A DNA stretch of 64,000 bases from Chloroflexota bacterium (lineage in GTDB: Bacteria; Chloroflexota; Anaerolineae; Anaerolineales; UBA11579): NCBI GenBank assembly GCA_009391835.1, contig QWJF01000001.1:2726-66725 (forward strand), in the 5' to 3' direction. The translations under genes and the position numbers were made by a program. Numbering within the stretch: position 1 is the first letter of the stretch; each line of letters starts with the position of its first letter. Positions 1-7,988 of the stretch are shown here, one piece after another. Under the pieces are notes generated by a model that did not search any database, was not told where the DNA came from, and saw only the letters and a program-made list of their open reading frames with translations.

Positions 1-588
1 GTCCCCGTGTACGACGACAACATTGATAATATTCAGGGGCTGCTCTACACCAAGGATATGCTCAAGGTGTGGCAGGAAGGCAGCAAATACGAGTCGTTGC
101 GCGAGCTCCTGCGTCCCGCCAATTACATCCCCGAATCCAAAAAAGTGGACGAACTTCTCGCCGAAATGCAGGCCCAGCGCATCCATATCGCCATCGTGGC
201 CGATGAATATGGCGGCGTAGCTGGCCTCGTCACGCTGGAGGATATCGTCGAAGAAATTGTCGGTGAAATTCACGATGAATATGATCAGGGCGAAGAAGCG
301 CTTTATCAAAAAATCAACGACGACGAATATCTCTTCCACGGCCGCGTGGATCTCGACGATGTCAACGATCTGATGGGCGTTTCGCTTAGTACCGAAGAAG
401 CAGACACTCTGGGCGGCTACATCTATAGCCGGGTGGGCCGCGTCCCGCGCGCTGGAGAAAGTCTCCAGGAAGATGATTTGATTCTCACCATTGAGCAGAT
501 CACGGCTCGCCGCATCCGCAAAGTGCGTGCCAAGCGCTTGGAAATTATTGAGCCGAGTGAAGAGGAAGTTGGCGATGCTAACGGATAA
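1..588 (+). CDS. CorC/HlyC-family protein (CBS pair + CorC_HlyC transporter-associated domain), 5'-truncated by the window edge
   Basis: The frame is open from nt 1 (VPVYDDNIDNIQGLLY...). CBS-like segment ...IHIAIVADEYGGVAGLVTLEDIVEEIVGEI is followed by a CorC_HlyC-like C-terminus (GYIYSRVGRVPRAGE...). Confidence 0.8.
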   Translation, partial: VPVYDDNIDNIQGLLYTKDMLKVWQEGSKYESLRELLRPANYIPESKKVDELLAEMQAQRIHIAIVADEYGGVAGLVTLEDIVEEIVGEIHDEYDQGEEALYQKINDDEYLFHGRVDLDDVNDLMGVSLSTEEADTLGGYIYSRVGRVPRAGESLQEDDLILTIEQITARRIRKVRAKRLEIIEPSEEEVGDANG

Positions 589-982
589 GCAACGCAAATC
601 ATTGGTGGAAGCGGCTCGCAAAGCACAGGATGGTGCGTATGCACGCTATTCAAATTACAAGGTCGGCGCAGCCTTACTCACTGACTCCGGCAGCGTCTAT
701 ACCGGCTCCAATATCGAAAATGCCGTTTATCCGCTGTCTATCTGCGCCGAGCGCGTGGCCGCCTTCAAAGCGGTGAGCAATGGCGATCTCAAGTTTGAAG
801 CCATTGCCGTCGTTACTCGCGATGGCGGCAGCCCCTGCGGCTCCTGCCGCCAGGTGCTCTCCGAATTTGGCCTAGACGCTCAGGTTTTGATCGCCAACCA
901 ACAGGGAGAAATTATTCAGGAAACCACGGTCAGTGAATTGCTGCCCGGCGCTTTCGGACCCGCAAACCTGGATAACGATTAA
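575..982 (+). CDS. cdd: Cytidine deaminase
   Basis: Motifs YSNYKVGAALL...CAERVA...SPCGSCRQVL (zinc-binding CAE / PCGxCRQ). Start refined to ATG 575 (MLTDKQ), overlapping the upstream gene by 14 nt. Confidence 0.88.
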   Translation: MLTDKQRKSLVEAARKAQDGAYARYSNYKVGAALLTDSGSVYTGSNIENAVYPLSICAERVAAFKAVSNGDLKFEAIAVVTRDGGSPCGSCRQVLSEFGLDAQVLIANQQGEIIQETTVSELLPGAFGPANLDND

Positions 983-991
983 CGCCCATTC

Positions 992-1720
992 ATGCGTGTC
1001 CTCATCCTCAGCGACATCCACGCCAACCGCACTGCTCTTGAAGCTGTCCTGCACGCCGCTGGGCAGGTAGACGCCACTTGGTGCCTTGGGGATGTCGTGG
1101 GCTACGGCCCCAGCCCCAACGAGTGTGTCGCCTTGCTCAAAGAGCAGCCAAACCTGGTCTGCTTGCGAGGCAACCATGATGCTGCCGCCATTGGCGATTT
1201 AGCGCTGGATTCATTCAACCCCGAAGCCCGCGCCTCACTCGAATGGATGCGCGATCTTCTGGATGAGGCGACCGTCAAGTTCCTCAAAAGTTGTCCCTCT
1301 CACACGAGTGCAGAAGGTTTTACCCTGGTGCATGCCAGCCCGCGGCAGCCCATGCTGGAGTATTTGCTGGATACCCACGCTGCTGCCGAGAATTTCGACT
1401 ACTTCGATACCGACCATTGTTTCGTCGGCCACACCCACGTTCCCGTTGAATTCAAGATGAATCCCAACACAAATCGCGTGAGCCTCCACACGCTCATCCC
1501 AAACACCGCCTATGCACTCAAGCCCCGCTCGATCATTAATCCCGGCTCGGTGGGCCAGCCTCGTGATCGCGACCCACGCGCTGCCTTCGCCATCCTGGAT
1601 ACAGGGCAAGGCAAATGGCATCACCAGCGCGTGGAATACGATATTCCCAGCGTGCAAAAACTTATGCGCGCCGCCCACTTGCCACAGCGCCACGTCCAAC
1701 GCCTTGAAACCGGTTGGTAG
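992..1720 (+). CDS. Metallophosphoesterase family protein (YfcE/MJ0936-like)
   Basis: MRVLILSDIHAN...LGDVVGYGP...GNHD...GHTH...NPGSVGQPRD calcineurin-like motif series. Confidence 0.78.
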   Translation: MRVLILSDIHANRTALEAVLHAAGQVDATWCLGDVVGYGPSPNECVALLKEQPNLVCLRGNHDAAAIGDLALDSFNPEARASLEWMRDLLDEATVKFLKSCPSHTSAEGFTLVHASPRQPMLEYLLDTHAAAENFDYFDTDHCFVGHTHVPVEFKMNPNTNRVSLHTLIPNTAYALKPRSIINPGSVGQPRDRDPRAAFAILDTGQGKWHHQRVEYDIPSVQKLMRAAHLPQRHVQRLETGW

Positions 1721-1734
1721 GCTGAAGACATAGC

Positions 1735-2628
1735 GTGCGTTCAAAAGTAGCCTTTATCACCAGCCTGTCCCATTCCGGCTCCACACTGCTTGATCTGTTG
1801 CTCGGCGCCCACCCGCGCATCATTGGCTTGGGTGAGATTTTCCGCGTGATCGACTCGTCCCCGCAAGAGCTTGCAAGCGAGAAGCGTATGGTCTGCTCCT
1901 GTGGGGATCGTGTGGGCGATTGCGCATTTTGGAAGCCAACAGTTGGCCGCCTTGAGAAACTTGGGGAAGCATCCTCCGCTCAACGCTACCAGGCTGTGCT
2001 TGAAAGCTTTGAGCGGGTATTTGGTGAAGGCTATGTCTTGGTGGATTCGTCCAAATACCCCGACACTCTCAAAATGGTCAACAGCCTTGAGACCATTGAT
2101 CTCAAGGCCATCCACCTTATCAAAGATGTGCGCGGTTTCACGGTTTCGCAACGTGAGGCGCTAGACCCCGAACTAAAATACGGCTTCCTGCCTCGCATCC
2201 TGAATTCAATTCCCCTAAGTCGTCTCGTCTATTCGGTCAGCATCAAGCAGCCTCTCTATCTGTTTTTGAAATGGTATCTGCGCAACAAGGACACCGAGCG
2301 CATCTTGCAGGATCTCGCGATTGAGCAAATGCATTTAAGCTACGAAGAATTATGCGCCCAGCCACAAACAATCATGGAGGCTGTTTTTCGCTTTTTAGAG
2401 GTTCCGGCTCTTGCCGAGACACCCCTCGCGCCGAACAAAAGCCACAGCCATATTTTCATGGGTAACCAGATGATTGCAGACGAAAAGAAAATGGCTGAAA
2501 TCAAATACGATGATCGCTGGACCCAACAAGAAGACTGGCGCAGGGCTGCCAAATTGTTGCCATTTGTCATGCGCTACAACCGGGCCGTAGTGTATAACAA
2601 TCTGAACGAGCCGGAGTTGGCTCCCTAG
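1735..2628 (+). CDS. Sulfotransferase family protein
   Basis: N-terminal PAPS-binding-like loop SLSHSGSTLLDLLL, followed by IHLIKDVRG. GTG start. Confidence 0.55.
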   Translation: MRSKVAFITSLSHSGSTLLDLLLGAHPRIIGLGEIFRVIDSSPQELASEKRMVCSCGDRVGDCAFWKPTVGRLEKLGEASSAQRYQAVLESFERVFGEGYVLVDSSKYPDTLKMVNSLETIDLKAIHLIKDVRGFTVSQREALDPELKYGFLPRILNSIPLSRLVYSVSIKQPLYLFLKWYLRNKDTERILQDLAIEQMHLSYEELCAQPQTIMEAVFRFLEVPALAETPLAPNKSHSHIFMGNQMIADEKKMAEIKYDDRWTQQEDWRRAAKLLPFVMRYNRAVVYNNLNEPELAP

Positions 2629-2694
2629 CCACCTGGAACTTTTTTACACTGGGCTGCGTCTTAGGGGAGAACTAACTTTACACAGAGAAACGCC

Positions 2695-3663
2695 ATGAAG
2701 AACGAGAATTTACTCAAGCCCCTCGCCCTACTCCTCACTTTGAGCCTGCTGCTTTCCGCCTGCGGCACCTTCGCAGCTTCCGGCGATAAGTCTGAATCAG
2801 ATGCTTATTACTTCGGTGAAACCAGCGGTTCCCCCGTTGTGGCAGATTCATTCGCCGAGCAACCCCAGGCTGATTTCGCAGCCGACAGTGGCTTTGCCGC
2901 CGAAGAAGGCGCCCGCAGCGCCGACCTCAACGCCACCAAAACGGAACGCCTCGTCATCAAGAACGCCGATATCGCCATCGTGGTTGATAAACCCGAAGAC
3001 GTAATTGACGAGATCGCCGAGCTCGCCGAAAATCTTGGCGGCTTCGTGGTCAGTTCAAATCTTTACCAAAGCACCAATGCTTCCGGTGTGCAGTTCCCGG
3101 GAGCCAGCATCACCATCCGCGTCCCTGCCGAATCCCTCCAGGATGCCCTCGCCCAAATCGAAGAAAAGGCTGTGCGCGTAGATCACCGCAGCCAATCCGG
3201 GCAGGATGTCACCGCCCAATACACCGACTTGCAATCCCGCCTCCGCAACCTGGAGGATGCCGAAGAACTCCTGCGCCAGATCATGGATGAGGCCCGCGAC
3301 ACGGAAGACGTGCTCAATGCCTTCAACCAGCTCAACTACATCACCGAGCAGATTGAAGTGCTTAAGGGCCAGATTCAGTATTTCGAAGAGTCCGCTGCCT
3401 TGTCAGCGATCAGCGTGCAGCTCATTGCCAGCGCTGCTGATCAACCCATTACCATCGGGGGCTGGGAGCCGGTTGGTGTGGCCAAAGATGCTATCCAGGC
3501 CCTGGTCAACGCTTTCCAGGCCCTCGTGAACGCACTGATCTGGATCGCACTTTACTTGCTGCCCATCCTGTTGGTTATCGGTGTTCCGCTCTTCTTCCTG
3601 CTGCGCGGCTTGCGCCGCTGGTGGGCCAAGCGTGAAAAACCGAAAAAAGCCGACAAGAAATAA
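2695..3663 (+). CDS. DUF4349-like lipoprotein with C-terminal TM anchor
   Basis: Lipobox LLLSAC. Central segments RLVIKNADIAIVVD... and coiled-coil-like YTDLQSRLRNLEDAEE. C-terminal hydrophobic helix plus a basic tail. Confidence 0.6.
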   Translation: MKNENLLKPLALLLTLSLLLSACGTFAASGDKSESDAYYFGETSGSPVVADSFAEQPQADFAADSGFAAEEGARSADLNATKTERLVIKNADIAIVVDKPEDVIDEIAELAENLGGFVVSSNLYQSTNASGVQFPGASITIRVPAESLQDALAQIEEKAVRVDHRSQSGQDVTAQYTDLQSRLRNLEDAEELLRQIMDEARDTEDVLNAFNQLNYITEQIEVLKGQIQYFEESAALSAISVQLIASAADQPITIGGWEPVGVAKDAIQALVNAFQALVNALIWIALYLLPILLVIGVPLFFLLRGLRRWWAKREKPKKADKK

Positions 3664-3681
3664 GCCTCCTTACGCCGAACA

Positions 3682-3711
3682 AAAAAGCCGCTGCGATCGC
3701 AGCGGCTTTTT
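3682..3711. terminator. Bidirectional rho-independent terminator between convergent genes
   Basis: AAAAAGCCGCTGC-GATC-GCAGCGGCTTTTT: perfect GC-rich stem flanked by an A-run and a T-run. Confidence 0.8.
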
Positions 3712-3712
3712 C

Positions 3713-4645
3713 TTACCCCAACCTCTCCATATAGGGCTTGATCCAGCCGTCAAAATATCCCTCCAGATCCGTCAGCATGCGTTCCCGGTGAGCGCCCGGC
3801 TCGCCGTCAAAAATTTCGCGAAAATAGTGCAGCAGCGCGTAAAAATAGTAAATCAACACGCCGTATTGCCGAGCCGATTCATTGACCTCCGCCTCTGGAA
3901 ACACGTTTCGATAACCCTCCAAAAAGCCCTCCTTGCGCTCCAGAGTCCAAAGGTCTCGCTCCTTGGGGGCCAGCCTGTTCTCATCCCAATCCACAATGGT
4001 TAGATCTTTCGCCGACTTAACCAGCACGTTGCCCGCGATATCCCCGTGGGTAAACACCAGTTCATGGTCTTCAGGCTTGATTTGCTGGATCAGGGAATTT
4101 AACTTATTGTAATAGCCGCTAATTTTAGGTTCGCGCCCCTGCATCAATACTCGAAACTTTAGATGCAGTTCGCTCTGATCCCCGCCTGCCAGCGCCGCCT
4201 CGAATTGGCGTTCAAACAGGCTGCGATGCTCAAACTGAAAACGCTCGCGCGGAATATCGGCTCTTATCCGCGGGCTGAGCGCATGCATCTCCCCGATCAA
4301 TGCACCGAGAGTAAAGAAATCATAGTCATAACTGGGTTCGGCTTGGATATAGGTATACACAATAATAAGTTTGGGATTCAACCAAACAAACAAATCCCCA
4401 CTGCTTGTTTGGATCGGGAAGCAAGCTCGCTCGAAGCCCAGTGCCTGCAAATTACTCAGCGCCGCCGTCCCAGCCATGATCGATTCCACGAAAAGCGGTT
4501 TCTCCACCACTTTGCAGAAATAGCGCTCGCCGGCCTCGCTGTCAATGAAGTAGGTGTCCGCCACAAACTGACGCGGCGCATCCGAAATTTGCTTAACCTC
4601 AAAACCATACTCGGCTTCGAGAATGGCTTTGAGCTCAATTTTCAT
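3713..4645 (-). CDS. Phosphotransferase enzyme family protein (APH/choline-kinase fold)
   Basis: Catalytic loop FTHGDIAGNVLV and IVDWDE (Brenner/DxD-type motifs of APH-like kinases). Confidence 0.7.
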   Translation of the reverse strand: MKIELKAILEAEYGFEVKQISDAPRQFVADTYFIDSEAGERYFCKVVEKPLFVESIMAGTAALSNLQALGFERACFPIQTSSGDLFVWLNPKLIIVYTYIQAEPSYDYDFFTLGALIGEMHALSPRIRADIPRERFQFEHRSLFERQFEAALAGGDQSELHLKFRVLMQGREPKISGYYNKLNSLIQQIKPEDHELVFTHGDIAGNVLVKSAKDLTIVDWDENRLAPKERDLWTLERKEGFLEGYRNVFPEAEVNESARQYGVLIYYFYALLHYFREIFDGEPGAHRERMLTDLEGYFDGWIKPYMERLG

Positions 4646-4657
4646 TCGCCCAAAAAA

Positions 4658-5482
4658 TCACTCAGCCTGGGTCCGCGCCAACACCCGCTGAGCCGCCTTC
4701 ACCACCGGCATATCCACCATCTTGCCGTCCAACGCAAAGGCTCCTTTGCCCGCCTGGAGGCTCGCCTCGTAAGCCTCCACCACCCGCCGCGCCGCCGCCA
4801 CCTCATCCTTGCTGGGTGTGAACGAGCGTTGCACCGGCTCGATCTGGTCGGGATGAATGATCTGCATCCCGCTGTAACCCAGCCGCGCCCCTTGCTGCGC
4901 CAGCCGCGTCAAGCCCGCCGCATCTTTGAAATCCACCCACAACATATCAATCGCCTGCAGCCCATAAGCCGCCGCGTGCGCCACCACTATACTGCGCGCC
5001 ACAAACACTTCATCCGCTTCAATGCTGCGGACCGCGCCCAAATCTGCCGCGTAATCCTCGGCCCCAAAGATCAGCGCCTCCAGGCCCACAACCGCCGCGA
5101 TCTCCTTCCCATTCACCAGCCCCAACGCGCTCTCGATCTGAGCGATCAGCGTCATCCCCGCCGGAATGTTAAGCGCCGCCAATCCCTCCGGCGACCCCAC
5201 CTTTGGAACCACAATACCATCCGGCTTTGCAGCCAACACTGCGTCTAAATCCGCCTCTGCAAGCCCAGATTCCGGTGCATTGATGCGCACAAGGCGCTCG
5301 CTGCGCCCAAAATCCAGCTCGCTGAGCGCACGAACCACCATCGCCCGCGCCTCGTCTTTGCGCTCCGGCGCCACCGCATCTTCCAAATCCAGGCACACGC
5401 AATCCACGTTCAACCCGGCCGCCTTCTCGATCTTGCGCCAGTCGTTACCCGGCATATAAAGCAAGGCCCGCCGCGCTCTCAT
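4658..5482 (-). CDS. HpcH/HpaI aldolase / CitE-like beta-hydroxyacyl-CoA lyase
   Basis: CitE-like sequence LYMPGN...DLEDAV...GAEDYAADLG...IHPDQI. ATGA overlap with the upstream MaoC gene (5479-5482). Confidence 0.8.
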   Translation of the reverse strand: MRARRALLYMPGNDWRKIEKAAGLNVDCVCLDLEDAVAPERKDEARAMVVRALSELDFGRSERLVRINAPESGLAEADLDAVLAAKPDGIVVPKVGSPEGLAALNIPAGMTLIAQIESALGLVNGKEIAAVVGLEALIFGAEDYAADLGAVRSIEADEVFVARSIVVAHAAAYGLQAIDMLWVDFKDAAGLTRLAQQGARLGYSGMQIIHPDQIEPVQRSFTPSKDEVAAARRVVEAYEASLQAGKGAFALDGKMVDMPVVKAAQRVLARTQAE

Positions 5483-5940
5483 TGCGCGCCCCGTGGTTTC
5501 TTCAAAAACATCACCGTGCGCTCCAGATCCACCACCACCTCATCCTTTTGATTAAAGCCGGTCTGGCGCAGCCGCACGATCCCTCGATCCGGCTTGCTCT
5601 TCGATTCGCGCTTATCCAGCACCTCGGTCTCGGCGCGAATACTATCTCCCGGAAACGCTGGCGTCGGGTGTTGCACGTTGTCGTAGCCCAAATTCGCCAC
5701 AATCGTGCCCGCCGTCAAATCCTCCACGCTCAGCCCCACCACCACGCCCAGCGTCAGCAGCCCGTTCACAATCGGCCGTCCAAACGGCGTCTGTGCCGCG
5801 AACACCTCGTCCAGATGCAGCGGCTGCGTGTTGTGTGTCATCTCGCAAAAAGCGCGGTTCTCCTCCTGCGAAATCGTGTGCCGCGCCGCGTGCGTCATCC
5901 GCTCGCCAACGCTCAATTCTTCATAATATTTTCCGGGCAT
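5479..5940 (-). CDS. MaoC-like (R)-specific enoyl-CoA hydratase (hot-dog fold)
   Basis: 153 aa with ...MTHNTQPLHLDEVFA...IVNGLLTLG..., typical of the MaoC dehydratase family. The start codon directly abuts the stop of the upstream ORF (5941). Confidence 0.75.
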   Translation of the reverse strand: MPGKYYEELSVGERMTHAARHTISQEENRAFCEMTHNTQPLHLDEVFAAQTPFGRPIVNGLLTLGVVVGLSVEDLTAGTIVANLGYDNVQHPTPAFPGDSIRAETEVLDKRESKSKPDRGIVRLRQTGFNQKDEVVVDLERTVMFLKKPRGAQ

Positions 5941-6438
5941 TTAGGCGTCCTCGCCATCCAGTTCTACCAGAATTTGGTCTTTCTCAACACTTTCCCCCGC
6001 CGCCACTGCCACCTGCGCAACCGCGCCCGCTCGCGGTGCCTGGATGCGGATTTCCATCTTCATTGCTTCCAGCAGCAACAGCACATCTCCCGCTTCGACC
6101 GTCTGACCCGTCTTCACCAGCACCTCGCGCACCTGGCCCGGCATCGGTGTACGCAGCACCCGCTCCCCGAAACCAGATCTTCCGGCCGCGCCGCCCCCTC
6201 CCGCGCTTTTTTCCAGATGATAGCTGCGCCCGTTAACGTGCAGCCACACATCCCGACCAGCCTTGGCCCAATCCACGTGCTGCACTTCGCCATTCACCTC
6301 GAAATGCAGTTCGCCCTGCTCGCGATCCAATTCCAATAGCTCAAAGGCCGCCCCGTTCAGCAGCGCCCGCAGGCCGCCATCCCCCGTCAGCAGCTCCACT
6401 TCATGGTCACGATCCCCTTGTCGATACGTATATTTCAT
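5941..6438 (-). CDS. Biotin carboxyl carrier segment (BT-like linker + biotinyl domain) of an acyl-CoA carboxylase alpha subunit, encoded as a separate ORF
   Basis: Biotinylation motif EAMKME in ...GDVLLLLEAMKMEIRIQAP.... Start refined to ATG 6438 (MKYTYRQ), which overlaps the biotin carboxylase stop as ATGA. Confidence 0.75.
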   Translation of the reverse strand: MKYTYRQGDRDHEVELLTGDGGLRALLNGAAFELLELDREQGELHFEVNGEVQHVDWAKAGRDVWLHVNGRSYHLEKSAGGGGAAGRSGFGERVLRTPMPGQVREVLVKTGQTVEAGDVLLLLEAMKMEIRIQAPRAGAVAQVAVAAGESVEKDQILVELDGEDA

Positions 6439-7949
6439 TGCCCGGCCCCCATCCGGAATCCATCTGCGCGCGCCCAGGGCGAATAGCGGTCCAACCCTGG
6501 CTCGTCCTCCGCATCCAATAAACTTGGCTGCGATTCCAGCAGGGCCGCGGCGAGCAAAACCACATCCGGCAAGTCGCCGGGTGGCTGCCAATCCGCCAGT
6601 TCACGCGCCACAAAGTTGGTGTCCACCCGACCCTGCTCAAAAGCTTCATGCGCCAACACCGCCCCCATGAACTCAATATTGGTCGTCAGCCCCAGAAAAG
6701 CCGCCTCGCGCAGCGCATGCTGCATCTTGGCAATCGCGCCTGCTCGGTCATCCGCATGCACGATCAGCTTGGCCAGCAAGGGATCGTAATGCGCGCTGAT
6801 CAGTTGCCCGTCGGCCACGCCGCTATCCACCCGCACGCCCAATCCCTCCGGCTCCACCACCCGCTGCAACCTGCCCGCTTGCGGTAGGAATCCGCTGGCC
6901 GGGTCTTCGGCATACACCCGGCATTCAATCGCGTGCCCCCGCGCCTGCACGTCCTCCTGCGTGAAATCCAGCGCTTCGCCCGCCGCGATGCGCAGTTGCC
7001 ACTGCACCAGGTCCAGCCCCGTAATGAACTCCGTCACCGGATGCTCCACCTGCAAACGTGTGTTCATCTCCAGGAAATAGAATTCGCCGCTCGCCGGCTC
7101 CAACAAAAATTCCACCGTTCCCGCATTGGTGTAGTCCACCGCCGCGGCCACCTTCAGCGCCGCCGCGCCCATCCGCGCCCGCAAATCCTCGTCCACGTTC
7201 GGTGAGAGCGCTTCCTCGATAATTTTTTGATGTCGTCGTTGGGTCGAGCACTCACGCTCAAACAGGTGCACCAGATTGCCCTGCGTATCCCCCAGCACCT
7301 GGATCTCCACATGATGCGCCCGCGGCAGATATGTCTCGAGCAGCAGGCGTCCGTCACCAAATGCGCTCTGCGCCGCTCGCCGCGCCGCCGCGATCGCCTC
7401 ATCCAGCCCCCCGTCCGCTTCCACCACCTGCATGCCCACGCCCCCGCCGCCCGCCGCCGCCTTCACCAGCAGCGGGTAACCGATCTCTTTGGCCGCCTTC
7501 TTCAGCGACGCCGCATCATCCTTGCCCTGATAACCGGGCAGCACCGGCACCCCCGCCTCCAGCATCAGAGCCCGTGCCCCGGCCTTGTCGCCCATCGCCC
7601 GCATTGCCTCCGGCAGCGGCCCCACCCACACGAGACCCGCGTCCAGCACCGCCTCAGCGAAATCGGCGTTCTCAGCCAGGAAGCCGTAGCCCGGATGCAC
7701 GGCCTTGGCCCCGCTGCTCTTGGCCGCAGCCAGAATTCGCTCACTATTCAAATAGGACTGGCTCGCCTCAGCCGGCCCGATGGGCAGCGCCTCATCCGCC
7801 ACCAACGTATGCGGCGCGCCCGCGTCCGCCTCGGAATACACCGCCACCGTATGCAGCCCCAGCGCCCTAGCGGTGCGGATGATCCGCACGGCGATCTCGC
7901 CACGGTTAGCGATTAGGAGTGGGGAACTTAGAATTATTTTGGATGTCAG
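6435..7949 (-). CDS. Biotin carboxylase (ATP-grasp) part of an acyl-CoA (methylcrotonyl-CoA-type) carboxylase alpha subunit
   Basis: Strong biotin carboxylase similarity (GYGFLAEN, GGGGVGMQVV, EMNTRLQVEHPVTE). The conserved N-terminal LLIANRGEIA lies upstream of the first GTG (7889). The 5' end is therefore extended to a near-cognate CTG at 7949, so the exact start is uncertain. Confidence 0.85.
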   Translation of the reverse strand: MTSKIILSSPLLIANRGEIAVRIIRTARALGLHTVAVYSEADAGAPHTLVADEALPIGPAEASQSYLNSERILAAAKSSGAKAVHPGYGFLAENADFAEAVLDAGLVWVGPLPEAMRAMGDKAGARALMLEAGVPVLPGYQGKDDAASLKKAAKEIGYPLLVKAAAGGGGVGMQVVEADGGLDEAIAAARRAAQSAFGDGRLLLETYLPRAHHVEIQVLGDTQGNLVHLFERECSTQRRHQKIIEEALSPNVDEDLRARMGAAALKVAAAVDYTNAGTVEFLLEPASGEFYFLEMNTRLQVEHPVTEFITGLDLVQWQLRIAAGEALDFTQEDVQARGHAIECRVYAEDPASGFLPQAGRLQRVVEPEGLGVRVDSGVADGQLISAHYDPLLAKLIVHADDRAGAIAKMQHALREAAFLGLTTNIEFMGAVLAHEAFEQGRVDTNFVARELADWQPPGDLPDVVLLAAALLESQPSLLDAEDEPGLDRYSPWARADGFRMGAGQ

Positions 7950-7988
7950 TAGCGATTACTCCTCATCCGTCTTCCGCGGTCAAGCTCC

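Noticed and set aside
4163-6339. Long Arg/His/Pro-rich plus-strand ORFs (e.g. 4163-5248 at 361 aa and 5482-6339 at 285 aa). Similar examples are 43745-44584 (-), 58267-58893 (-), 59950-60627 (-), 7227-7916 (+) and 7331-7870 (+).
   Set aside because: They lie antisense to, or out of frame within, strongly conserved genes. They have low-complexity R/P/A/H-rich composition typical of shadow ORFs in GC-rich DNA, and they show no motifs.
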